NCBI GenBank assembly: GCA_963702845.1
Contig: OY969763.1
Span: 2,720,001 to 2,784,000, forward strand
Reading direction: 5' to 3'
DNA: 64,000 nt
From: an uncultured Verrucomicrobiae bacterium
GTDB lineage: Bacteria; Verrucomicrobiota; Verrucomicrobiia; Limisphaerales; Palsa-1400
The notes under the pieces are model-generated. The model had not been told where the DNA came from. It was given only the letters and a program-made list of their open reading frames with translations, and searched no databases. Both the position numbers and the translations under genes were made by a program. Below, in pieces: positions 46,844 through 56,826 of the stretch. Position 1 is the stretch's first letter; the number at the start of each line of letters is the position of its first letter.

Positions 46844-48151
46844 GTGCAGATCGTCCAATTGACACCCGGTGCGGGCAAAATGTATTGCGGAGCTTGTTTC
46901 CGCGATAACGCCCTCGTCGCTGCATTGCGGCACCTGGGCCATGATGTGACGATGCTGCCGCTGTATCTGCCACTCACGTTGGACGAAGCTGACGCAACGA
47001 AGGGCGCGCCGATTTTCTACAGCGGCATCAATGTTTATCTGCAACAGAAGTCGGCGGTGTTCCGGTTCGCGCCGAACTGGTTTCATCGTCTGTTTGCATC
47101 TCGCAAGCTACTGGATTTGGCCGCCGGCGCAGCGGCATCGACGCGACCTGACGATGTTGGTGAACTCACGATTTCCATGCTTAAAGGCGAGGACGGTAAG
47201 CAGGCGCGCGAGTTACAGGAATTGATTGCGTGGCTTAAAAATGAGCGCACGGACGTGGTGTCGCTCTCCAATGCGCTGCTCGTCGGCATGGCGCGCCAAA
47301 TCAAACGCACGTTGAACGTGCCGGTGGTCTGTTCGTTGCAGGGCGAAGATGTGTTCCTGAATGCGTTGCCAGACAACGTTCGTGAACGCGCCTGGAACAC
47401 CGCCGCGGAACGCGCTACTGATGTCGATCTATTCATTGCTCCGAGCAATTACTTCGCGAACTTCATGCGCGAACAACTCCGAACTCCCGCGGAAAAAATG
47501 CGAGTTGTTTACAACGGCATTAACATGGAGGGATACGGCGTCGCGAAGCCACGCACCGAGGGCCAACCGGTCACGCTAGGATTTTTCGCTCGCATGTGTC
47601 GCGAGAAAGGACTCCATACGTTGGTGGATGCGTTCATTGAACTGCATCGACGCGGCACTGTTCCGGGTCTTCGGTTGAAAATCGGCGGCAGTTGCGGACC
47701 AGCCGACCGAAAAGTCGTCGATGAACAAAATGAAAAGCTTCGCAAAGCCAACCTTGAGAGCTCAGTGGAGTTTCATCCGAATTTGTCGCGCGAACAAAAA
47801 TTGCAGTTTCTACATTCGCTGACGCTTTTCTCGGTGCCAGCCATGTACGGCGAGGCGTTCGGGCTCTACCTCATCGAAGCGTGGGCAGCTGGGATTCCGG
47901 TGATTCAACCGCGCCACGCTGCTTTTCCTGAACTGCTCGAACAAACGGGTGGCGGAATTCTCTACGATCCAACAAAGCCTGCCGCGCTGGCTGACGCTAT
48001 CGAATCGCTTGCCTTGAATTCGAAAAAAGCGCGCGAACTCGGCGAAACCGGACGCATTGCAGTGAACCAAAAGTTCACCGTCGATCAAATGGCAAAAAAC
48101 GTCGCCAAAGTTTTCAACGAAGTGACGTCAGTTTCCACTCGTAAATTGTAA
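46844..48151 (+). CDS. GT4 glycosyltransferase
   Basis: MYCGACFRD, YNGI, EKGL, EAFGLYLIEAWAAGIPV. Confidence 0.88.
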   Translation: MQIVQLTPGAGKMYCGACFRDNALVAALRHLGHDVTMLPLYLPLTLDEADATKGAPIFYSGINVYLQQKSAVFRFAPNWFHRLFASRKLLDLAAGAAASTRPDDVGELTISMLKGEDGKQARELQELIAWLKNERTDVVSLSNALLVGMARQIKRTLNVPVVCSLQGEDVFLNALPDNVRERAWNTAAERATDVDLFIAPSNYFANFMREQLRTPAEKMRVVYNGINMEGYGVAKPRTEGQPVTLGFFARMCREKGLHTLVDAFIELHRRGTVPGLRLKIGGSCGPADRKVVDEQNEKLRKANLESSVEFHPNLSREQKLQFLHSLTLFSVPAMYGEAFGLYLIEAWAAGIPVIQPRHAAFPELLEQTGGGILYDPTKPAALADAIESLALNSKKARELGETGRIAVNQKFTVDQMAKNVAKVFNEVTSVSTRKL

Positions 48152-48172
48152 ATCGTAATCCAAAATCCCGTC

Positions 48173-48622
48173 ATGGCTTACGAATTTAAAGCCGTCCGCC
48201 GCGTAGAATTTGCCGAGACCGACATGGCCGGCATCATGCACTACTCGAACTATTTCCGGTTCATGGAAACAGCCGAGCACGCATTCTTTCGTTCACTTGG
48301 TCTTTCAATTGTAACGAAAGTTGACCCGCCAGTCGGTTGGCCTCGGGTCCATGCCGAGTGCGATTTTCGCATGCCGCTTTATTTCGAAGACGAAATTGAA
48401 GTGCATCTTCTCGTCACAGAAAAGAAATCCAAATCGCTGAGTTACCTTTTCAGGTTCCGAAAACTGAACGCATCACCGGTTATTGAAGTTGCCCATGGCA
48501 AACTGACAGTCGTTTGCGTTCGGCACGAGAAAGACGGCAAAATGGCTGCTTGCAATATTCCGGAGTTTATCGCCGATAAAATCGAGGTTGCGCCCGAGGA
48601 ACTGCTCAACGCAATTCGCTGA
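48173..48622 (+). CDS. Acyl-CoA thioesterase (4HBT/YbgC hotdog fold)
   Basis: RVEFAETDMAGIMHYSNYFRFME. Confidence 0.9.
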   Translation: MAYEFKAVRRVEFAETDMAGIMHYSNYFRFMETAEHAFFRSLGLSIVTKVDPPVGWPRVHAECDFRMPLYFEDEIEVHLLVTEKKSKSLSYLFRFRKLNASPVIEVAHGKLTVVCVRHEKDGKMAACNIPEFIADKIEVAPEELLNAIR

Positions 48623-48626
48623 AATT

Positions 48627-49220
48627 ATGCACAAAGGACGGCTGGAAGCATTCAGTGACGGCGTCTTCGCAATCATCATCACCATCATGGTGCTCGAGTT
48701 GCGCGCACCCGCCGAGGCTGGTTTCTCGGCGTTGCGTCCCCTGCTCCCTGTTTTCCTCAGCTACATCCTGAGCTTCCTCTACATTGGAATTTATTGGAAC
48801 AACCATCATCACATGTTCCAGGTGACACAACACATCGGCGGCAAAATCCTTTGGGCCAACCTCCACCTGCTCTTCTGGATATCACTATTTCCGTTCGTGA
48901 CCGATTGGCTGGGAAAAAATCATGACGCACCATGGCCGACAGTTCTTTACGGAATTATTCTTTTCATGGCTGCCCTCGCCTATTGGATTTTGCAGATGAC
49001 GATCATCCGGCACCAGGGACCCGACTCCGTGTTAGCGAAAGCGGTCGGTCGCGATTTCAAAGGCAAAAGCTCAATAGTGATTTACGCAATTGCCGTGGCG
49101 CTCGCATTCGTAAATGTGTTCATCTCTCAGCTACTTTTTCTGCTCGTCGCGCTGATGTGGCTCATTCCCGACCGCCGCATCGAACGTCTACAGCCACACA
49201 TTCATGTTGATTCGCATTAA
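48627..49220 (+). CDS. TMEM175 (DUF1211) potassium channel family protein
   Basis: RLEAFSDGVFAIIITIMVLE, IYWNNHHH. Confidence 0.92.
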   Translation: MHKGRLEAFSDGVFAIIITIMVLELRAPAEAGFSALRPLLPVFLSYILSFLYIGIYWNNHHHMFQVTQHIGGKILWANLHLLFWISLFPFVTDWLGKNHDAPWPTVLYGIILFMAALAYWILQMTIIRHQGPDSVLAKAVGRDFKGKSSIVIYAIAVALAFVNVFISQLLFLLVALMWLIPDRRIERLQPHIHVDSH

Positions 49221-51033
49221 AATTTCGTTCGCGCTTTGCATTGCGGCTTTGGTCTGCAATGCAGAACCAATCCCGCGCGCCGGCAAACCAGGTCCACCGA
49301 TGCTTCTCGGCACAAGCGTTATGACCGACGATCAGAATCGCGTCGCTAAATCGATCGGTTTTTCGCATTCGCAAACTGATTCCGATCATCTCACCGTCAA
49401 CGAAACCGCGCCGGGTGTTTGGGATTGGTCACAAGCTGACGCCGGGCTCGCTGCGATGAAAAAGGCCGGCATGGGTTGGCAATACTTCCCGCATTTTCAT
49501 TGGCCGCCCGAGTGGTATCGTAAAACCGACAAGTTCGTGCCCTGCATCGGCCTGCGCACAAAACGCGAACTCGCCGCCATGTCGATCTGGAGTCCGGACA
49601 TCGTGCCGTGGTTTGACGACTGCTACGCCGCTTTAGCGAATCACTACGGAAGCGGGACCTCAAACATGTATGCCATCTACCTCGGTGTTCACGGGGATTT
49701 TGGTGAAACGATCTTTCCGATGGGCTGGCATCCCGACGAAAAGAAACGGTTTGCCGAATCGGCAAGACCCGTTCCTGATTTCTGGTGCGGCGACAACTAC
49801 GCACGAACGAACTTTCAAAACCTTGCCCGCGCGAAATACAAAACTATTTCCAAACTCAACACCGCATGGAACACAACTTTCAAAAATTTCTCCGACCTGT
49901 CCTATCCACCTGCTGCTTTCAATAAAGCCGCGCCGGTCATCGATACCGCTCAATCGCGTCGATACTGGCTGGACTTCGTCCAATGGTATTACGACAGCAT
50001 GACGCGATTCACAGGCGAAGTCTGTCGCATCGCGCGCAAACATTTTCCGAATGCACTGCTCGAATTACCGGTCGGCGGTGGCTCCGAAGATTTGATGTAT
50101 GGCCAGGACACGACTGCGATTCCAAAAATCGCCAAGCGCTACAACGTCCACATCCGCTCCACGCACGGCGGCTTTCAACCCTTCGCGCAAAACTACGCCG
50201 GCATGCTCAAGAAAATCGCTACGCCGTGCAAATTCTACGACGTGCCGCATTGGCTGGAGCCTCCCGGCGCAATTACGCCGGATGGCGAAGTCGCTCGTAT
50301 CATGGAAGCGATCTCTTGTGGAAATTACGGTTTCTGGGATTGGGGCGCGAATCCTTTAACAGCCGCAGATAAATTCCGCGAATACACCAACTATTTCACA
50401 CGAGAACAGCCAGTCGTCGATGTCGCGCTATTCTTCCCCACAACCGACCACCGACTGCATCCACAAACCACTTTCCCGCAGAAACTCCAAACGATCGGCA
50501 GCGAACTTCGTGATGTTATGGACTTTGACATGGTCGACGAAGCCCTGATCGCGGACGGTGTCTTGAAAAAATATCGCGTCCTCGTGTGGATCGAAGGAAC
50601 ATTCATCGAGGAGCAAACGCTCAGCAAAATCCGTGCGTGGGTCAACAAAGGGGGCGTGCTTATTTGGAACGGCACGAACGTTCCGCAAACGGTCGAGGGC
50701 AATACGAACCTCAGCCGTTCCTTAGTGAGTTTGTCCGGCGGAACTCGCCGAGTGGCAAAGGGCTGGTGCGTCAGCTCTGTCTCAGATAAAAACGCGTTCA
50801 AACAACTGGTCCGCACCACCGTTTACAGTCCCAGCGTATTGGAGGCGTCGAAAAAAGACCGCCCCGAAGTCGATGAGGACTACGACGGCGTCTACACAAC
50901 ACTTCTTCGTAACGGTGAATTAATCCTTCACAACTCAACAGCTGAGACGCGCACGAACCGTCTCGGAACCGCAAATATAGTCCTCCCTCCACATTCTCTG
51001 CGTAGCGTCTTGCTGAAACCAACAGCGAACTGA
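49204..51033 (+). CDS. Secreted glycoside hydrolase (GH14/GH42-like)
   Basis: Signal peptide, PGVWDWS, GVHGDFGE, ISKLNTAWNT, DFVQWY, trimerisation-like tail. Confidence 0.65.
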   Translation: MLIRIKISFALCIAALVCNAEPIPRAGKPGPPMLLGTSVMTDDQNRVAKSIGFSHSQTDSDHLTVNETAPGVWDWSQADAGLAAMKKAGMGWQYFPHFHWPPEWYRKTDKFVPCIGLRTKRELAAMSIWSPDIVPWFDDCYAALANHYGSGTSNMYAIYLGVHGDFGETIFPMGWHPDEKKRFAESARPVPDFWCGDNYARTNFQNLARAKYKTISKLNTAWNTTFKNFSDLSYPPAAFNKAAPVIDTAQSRRYWLDFVQWYYDSMTRFTGEVCRIARKHFPNALLELPVGGGSEDLMYGQDTTAIPKIAKRYNVHIRSTHGGFQPFAQNYAGMLKKIATPCKFYDVPHWLEPPGAITPDGEVARIMEAISCGNYGFWDWGANPLTAADKFREYTNYFTREQPVVDVALFFPTTDHRLHPQTTFPQKLQTIGSELRDVMDFDMVDEALIADGVLKKYRVLVWIEGTFIEEQTLSKIRAWVNKGGVLIWNGTNVPQTVEGNTNLSRSLVSLSGGTRRVAKGWCVSSVSDKNAFKQLVRTTVYSPSVLEASKKDRPEVDEDYDGVYTTLLRNGELILHNSTAETRTNRLGTANIVLPPHSLRSVLLKPTAN

Positions 51034-51079
51034 TCTCGATTGTCTTTCGCAATTTCAGCAGCGGTGATAAACCAACCGC

Positions 51080-51529
51080 ATGTTCACTCGAATTATTTTC
51101 TTCGTTCTCGTCGCAGGAGGCGGAGCGGCGCTGGCTTTGCAAGCAGCATGGAACGCGCGTTTGCGAATCGCCACCAGCTCACCGGTTCTGACCACGATGA
51201 TCTCGATTGTCGTCACGTTGATTTCGTTAGGCCTGCTTTGGGTCAGCGGTGTCACCGGCCGAGGTTCGATGCCGACGTTTAATTCCATACCGAAGTGGGC
51301 CTGGCTCGGCGGAGTGTGCGCGGCGTATTATTTGATCGCCTCACTCGTTGCGCTTCCCAAACTCGGCGCAACCGCGGTCTTTTCGTTGGTCATCGCCGGC
51401 CAACTAATTACAGCCCTCATTCTGGATTCCACTGGCGCATTTGGCGTTCCCCAACTTGGCCTTGGTTCCACCCGCATCATCGGCATCGTCCTACTTCTCG
51501 CCGGTGTCGTTTTGATCCAAAAAACGTAA
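51080..51529 (+). CDS. DMT family transporter (YdcZ/DUF606)
   Basis: LQAAWNARL, PKWAWLGG, IAGQL..ALILD..G.FG. Confidence 0.88.
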   Translation: MFTRIIFFVLVAGGGAALALQAAWNARLRIATSSPVLTTMISIVVTLISLGLLWVSGVTGRGSMPTFNSIPKWAWLGGVCAAYYLIASLVALPKLGATAVFSLVIAGQLITALILDSTGAFGVPQLGLGSTRIIGIVLLLAGVVLIQKT

Positions 51530-51546
51530 TCACTCACCCAAAAAAC

Positions 51547-52548
51547 TCAGAACCACTTCTTCCGTTTGAAATACCAATAGGTCGCGGCGGTGGACACGAC
51601 CATCAATCCAAACGCGAACAAATACCCGTGTTTCCAATGGTATTCAGGCATTTGTTCGCTGAAATTCATTCCATACCACGTGCCGATCAACGTCAATGGC
51701 GTGGTGATCAAAGTGATCATCGTCAGCAGTTTCATCACCTCGCCCGTTTCGTTCGATGACATGCTCAAGTAGACCTGCAGGATGCCCGTGAGCGAATCCG
51801 CATAGCCCTGCGCCAGTTCACTCATGTGAAAAAGACTGTCATAAACGTCTCGATAGTATGGCACCAGGTGCGGTCGAATCAGCTTGAACTCCCCATGCGC
51901 GAACCGCGCCAACACCTCGCGTTGCGGCCCCATGATTTGCCGCAGGTGGCCAACCTCCTTTTTGATCTGGAGTAATTTGTCCAACACCGAGCGCGTCGGT
52001 TTATGGAGTGCTTGCTGTTCGAGCTCTGAAATTTCACTCGCCAACTCGTCCAGCGCCGGCTTGTAGTTCTCCACCAATCCATCAAGCAACACATGCGCGA
52101 CGCGATCGGGCGCACGTGCCGGTTGACCGGTTCCGCGCAAGCACCGATCCTCTGTCAAATTCACGGGCTTCAGCGGCACGTCGTGGTAGGTAACGAGAAA
52201 GTTTTTCCCGAGAAAAAAGTCTAGCTCACTTGTGGCAAACACGCCGTTTTGCCGGCTGTAATCAACAGCGTGGATGACGATAAACAAGTACTGGCAAAAG
52301 AGGTCGCCTTCTTTGGGAACGTATTCCTCGACTTTCGGCGAAGGACTCGGGGCCACACAATCTTCAATCGACAGCGGATGAAAATGAAACACGTTCTCGA
52401 GAATGCTCTTCGTCTCTTCGGCTGTTGCCTTCTCCAAATCGACCCACAGAAAAAGATTCGTGTCCGCGAGCAAGGTCGGCATCAAGAACAAGTCGATATT
52501 TGTGCTGTGCAGCCGACCCTGGGTTGTGAAAGCGAACGAGCGAATCAT
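51547..52548 (-). CDS. corA: CorA magnesium transporter
   Basis: FHPLSIED, PYYRDVYD, YGMNF signature, MPE. Confidence 0.93.
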   Translation of the reverse strand: MIRSFAFTTQGRLHSTNIDLFLMPTLLADTNLFLWVDLEKATAEETKSILENVFHFHPLSIEDCVAPSPSPKVEEYVPKEGDLFCQYLFIVIHAVDYSRQNGVFATSELDFFLGKNFLVTYHDVPLKPVNLTEDRCLRGTGQPARAPDRVAHVLLDGLVENYKPALDELASEISELEQQALHKPTRSVLDKLLQIKKEVGHLRQIMGPQREVLARFAHGEFKLIRPHLVPYYRDVYDSLFHMSELAQGYADSLTGILQVYLSMSSNETGEVMKLLTMITLITTPLTLIGTWYGMNFSEQMPEYHWKHGYLFAFGLMVVSTAATYWYFKRKKWF

Positions 52549-52628
52549 GCTTTTTTCGTCTGGAGTGGGATGTTAAAGGCCCAACCCGCAGACGCAAGCG
52601 CGTTCCCCAATTCCACTCCCGATGCCGA

Positions 52629-55310
52629 TCACGGCTGCGATGCACCACTGTCACCCAGGAAAACGCGACCATACTGCCGATTGCTCGAGAAGAACCCGCC
52701 ACCGCTGTTTTGCTTCTGCAGCACGACGCCCTGGTAGAACCCTGTCCGCTTGGTCGAAGGATCAGTAAATCTTCCTGAAAATCGGCCGTTCGCGGTCAGG
52801 AATGTCAGCGTAAACACATTCGTGTTCGGCGTCGTAAACGAAGCCCTGTTTCGCGCATCCAACGTCAACGTATCGCTAAACGTCTGGGTCAGCGGACCGC
52901 CATCGACCTCCAATGCCGCGTTACTTAAAGCCAAAATCGGCGTTCCGGAATGTGGCACGTGATAAACAGAACCAACTACTGAAACATCCTCACTGAACAA
53001 CAGCTTCGTTGTTGACGATTTTTCCCAATGAATCGTTCCCTGCACGTCACTATCGCTCGACCCATTGGGCGTCAAGGTCAGCCAACCAAACGCCGTCCCG
53101 CCGCCAGAGGTAAAATAAAACGGAACACTTCCGTCGGCTGCCAGAGATGTCACTTGGACGGTCGATGTTCCGTCCGCAAGCGTTCCGGAAATCATTACTG
53201 AGCCGGAGTTCAGTGCAGAAATTGTTAGAAATCCATAACCCGACGGCGCTCCCGTTCCCGCATCGCCCTGCACCAAGACAGTATATAATCCGGTGTAACT
53301 TGTCGCCGGATGCCGTGCGTCGAAAGGAGTTTTGTTCGCGGCCACGGTCGAAGTTGAAATTCCATCGCTGACAGTTCCTTCGATCGTTCGCCCATCGGTA
53401 ATCTGCAAATTAAGCTTCAAAGCAGGTATCGTTTTGCCGCGGGACAGCGTTACGGCCGAAGTCAGGGCCACGTTGAAGCGCCCGCTGAATGAATACGTTG
53501 TTCCGCGCCACATTGCTCGCGCAGTGTAAGTGCCGTTATTGACCAACGTGATAGAAACCGTTCCCGCCGTCGCGGCCGCAGGAGCGTCGGGGTTGAACGC
53601 CAATCCCCGGTAAACACCCGCGAGCGGAATGAAAGGATTCGGCGCAAACGTCGCTTGCAACGCCGCCCCTCGATCCATCGTGAATGTCACAGTTGGACTC
53701 GACGACGTCACGCTGCCGCTCCAACTGTCGAACACAAATCCAGCCTTTGGAGTAGCCGTCAGCGTGTAAATACTTCCGGCCGTCAGCATCGAGTTGTTGA
53801 GATTCGGCGCCACCGTTCCGTTTCCGTCAGTCGTCACGACCAACGGCGTCTTGCCTGGATGGAATAAATATCGCGTCAATGAGGCTGTGTTGCCGAATGT
53901 ATCCGTCGCGGAGAATACAGCGACGTTCGTTCCCGGCAACAACGTTGCCGTTGCAGACCAATCCGTTGTGCCGGTGACGTCCACCGGTTGATCGTTGATC
54001 GTCACCGAGACACTCGCCACTCCATTTGAGTCACTGGCCGTTCCCGACATGGTCAGAGTCGTACCTGTGATCTTGTTCAGACTTTCATCGGGCGTCGTGA
54101 CCACCAGATTGGGCGGGACGTGATCTTCAGGTTGAATCGTCGGATACAGGCGCACGACCCCACTTCGAGAAAAACCATCAACGGTGCTAAATCCGCCAGA
54201 GACGAGAATCTTTCCGTCGGGCTGGACAAACATCGACCATGCATAATTGTCGACGTCCACTTTGAAACTTTCGTCCAAAGAACCATCCGGATTCAACCGA
54301 GCAACACTCGTCCGAGGCACGTTATCGACATAGCCGAAATATCCACACAACAAAATCTTCCCGTCCGATTGCAATCGAACCATTTCCGTCTTGTCGTTGG
54401 CAATCCCGAGGAAACTGGTATCGAACGACCCATCAGCGTTCAACCGCGCGATGTCTTGCTGAAAGATTTTCTGAACGCTTTCAGAATGTCCGCAAATTAT
54501 ATATTTCCCATTCGGCAGCGGAATCGCCGAGTAGACCGCCGTAGCATCACCGATATTAGGATTAAACGACGGATCCGCACTCCCGTCCGGATTAACGATC
54601 GCCATACGGCTGTGATCGGCATGGTTATAGTGATCAAACCAACCCGTCACAATGAACCGCCCACCATCCAAAAGCGTCAGCGACCGTCCCCATGTGTTCA
54701 GGTCATCACCAACATTAAACGAAGTGTCCAACGAGCCGTTGCTGTTCAATCGCGCGAGGCCGGTAATTCTCGTGCCATTATAGTTAGTGAAGTTTCCGGT
54801 AATAAGAATTTTCCCGTCATTCTGAACAGCCGTGGCAAAAATAAACGGATTCGGATTACCGTCGATCGCCACCCCAAGCGTCCCCGACGCGCCTGTGCCC
54901 GGATCGAACGACGTGTCGAGGCTGCCGTCAGGATTAAGCCGTGCAATCAAATTACGCGATTCGGCTCCCACTGCATTGAAGAAACCACCAATGACAATTT
55001 TGCCATCCGGCTGCAACGCCATCGTGCGCACTCGATAGGACGGTTGAGCAGAAAACGTGTTGTCGATGCTCCCATCGGAATTCAACCGCACCATGTAGCC
55101 GTGCGGCGTGCCGTTGAAGTGCGTGAAACTTCCGGAGAGCAGAATTTTACCATCCGGCTGTGCGATGACCGTTTCAGCAAGAGCATCAGTGCCGCTTCCT
55201 GGATTGAAAGATGTGTCCACGAGCGAAGACGCGCGCACACTCAAAGACAAACAACACAGCGTCATCAAGACGGCCCGTCCGACCTTGCCACAACTCAGAT
55301 TGGTCCACAT
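52629..55310 (-). CDS. Secreted delta-60 repeat (DUF5122) beta-propeller protein with Ig-like and InlB-type domains
   Basis: Repeated QPDGKI...ARLNPDGSLDTSF, GTASDSNGVASV, LTATPKAGFVFDSWSG. Confidence 0.85.
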   Translation of the reverse strand: MWTNLSCGKVGRAVLMTLCCLSLSVRASSLVDTSFNPGSGTDALAETVIAQPDGKILLSGSFTHFNGTPHGYMVRLNSDGSIDNTFSAQPSYRVRTMALQPDGKIVIGGFFNAVGAESRNLIARLNPDGSLDTSFDPGTGASGTLGVAIDGNPNPFIFATAVQNDGKILITGNFTNYNGTRITGLARLNSNGSLDTSFNVGDDLNTWGRSLTLLDGGRFIVTGWFDHYNHADHSRMAIVNPDGSADPSFNPNIGDATAVYSAIPLPNGKYIICGHSESVQKIFQQDIARLNADGSFDTSFLGIANDKTEMVRLQSDGKILLCGYFGYVDNVPRTSVARLNPDGSLDESFKVDVDNYAWSMFVQPDGKILVSGGFSTVDGFSRSGVVRLYPTIQPEDHVPPNLVVTTPDESLNKITGTTLTMSGTASDSNGVASVSVTINDQPVDVTGTTDWSATATLLPGTNVAVFSATDTFGNTASLTRYLFHPGKTPLVVTTDGNGTVAPNLNNSMLTAGSIYTLTATPKAGFVFDSWSGSVTSSSPTVTFTMDRGAALQATFAPNPFIPLAGVYRGLAFNPDAPAAATAGTVSITLVNNGTYTARAMWRGTTYSFSGRFNVALTSAVTLSRGKTIPALKLNLQITDGRTIEGTVSDGISTSTVAANKTPFDARHPATSYTGLYTVLVQGDAGTGAPSGYGFLTISALNSGSVMISGTLADGTSTVQVTSLAADGSVPFYFTSGGGTAFGWLTLTPNGSSDSDVQGTIHWEKSSTTKLLFSEDVSVVGSVYHVPHSGTPILALSNAALEVDGGPLTQTFSDTLTLDARNRASFTTPNTNVFTLTFLTANGRFSGRFTDPSTKRTGFYQGVVLQKQNSGGGFFSSNRQYGRVFLGDSGASQP

Positions 55311-55369
55311 TTGTTACCTTTTGCTAATTGGTTATGTAATTGTTAACTGGTCGATTGGTTCAGATGTAA

Positions 55370-56796
55370 TCAGTGCGCTTGCAAACGATAAAGCCGTGCG
55401 TTGTTGGTCGCAGTCGCGTCCGAAAGTATTTGGATCGTGCCATCACCTACCGTCGTCGAAACATCAGTCCAATTCGGCGCCGACACCGACGATTTGCATT
55501 GCAGAACTGTACGTAACGTCGTTGACCGTCGCGATGGATGCGCTGTAGGTGTTTCCGCTTCGTTGCGGGCCGAGCAACATCGGCCCAGCATTCAAACGCG
55601 CGATACCCGCGCGCGAAATTCCATCCACTGTATAAGAGCCGCCGCCAAAGAGAATTTTCCCGCTCGGCAGAACGCAGTTATACCAGACGTAATTGTCAAA
55701 ATTCGCGAAGAACGAACGATCCAAAGTGCCGTCAGGATTTAATCGAGCGACACTGCTGACCCCGACACCGTCAGCTAGCGAGAAATAACCAGACATAATG
55801 ATCTTACCGTCCGACTGCAAACGAATCGTTTCCACCTTGTCATTGGCGGAGCCGTGAAACGTCTAGATCGTAGGAGCCGTTGCTGTTTAGGCGCGCAATT
55901 TCGTTCGTAAAATAGTTACTCGTATTCTCGCAGTGGCCGGCGACGATGTATTGTCCGTTCGCCAACTGCACACAGGTGTAAACGGCTGTCAGATCCCCGA
56001 AGTTCGGAGTAAATGTGCTATCAGCGCTGCCATCCGGATTAACTCGCACCATTCGATTAAACCCCTGGCTATTATAACTGGTGAACCACCCGGTGATGAT
56101 GATTTGGTTGTTCGATTGCACGAGCAGCGATCGGCCCCATGAACCGCCGTTAAGACCGCCGCCCACATTGAACGTCACATCAAGAGTGCCATTAGTGGTC
56201 AATCTCGCGATTCCATTGCGACCAACTCCGTTGAACGTCGTGAAGTTCCCTGTAAAGAGAACTTTCCCGTCGGGCTGCAGCGCCGTGTAGAAGACAAATG
56301 GCGATGGATTTCCGTTAATTGCGGTCCCCAATGAACCTGATGCCCCGTTGCCCGGGTCGAAGCTGTAGTCCAGGCTGCCGTCGGAATTTAATCGCGCAAT
56401 TAAGTTCCGCGACTGTCCCTCGACGTTGTTGAAGTATCCACCTATAACTATTTTACCGTCTTTTTGCAATGACATCGTGCGAACCCAGTAGCCCACACCA
56501 GCAGAGAAACTGCTGTCGATCGTACCGTCCGCATTTAACCGGGCGATGTACGATTTCTGTTCGCCATTAAACTGCGTGAAGTTACCGCAAATAAGAATTT
56601 TCCCGTCCGGCTGTGGCACAATCTGTTCAACGAGACCGCCGTCTATTCCTCCACCCCCGCTGTTGAAAGACAAATCAACTAACGGAGAGTTGGGCTGCGT
56701 CGACTGCGATTGACCAAAGGCAGAACTCCCACTCCAACCTACAATAACAAGCCCCCAAATCACGAGCGCGCGTTGCGCCAAAAGTCCAACCCTCAT
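55370..56796 (-). CDS. Secreted delta-60 repeat protein, frameshifted
   Basis: The same repeats run across ORFs 55840-56796 and 55464-55835, and the C-terminal tail (NWTDV...RLYRL) is in 55370-55591. Confidence 0.78.
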
Positions 56797-56826
56797 TCTA
56801 ACTCCCTCCCTTATCTCACTTCACGT

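Noticed and set aside
54120..55346. Long antisense ORFs (also 30096-31061, 11943-12647, 39446-40129 and others)
   Set aside because: Shadow or alternate frames of well-supported GC-rich genes.
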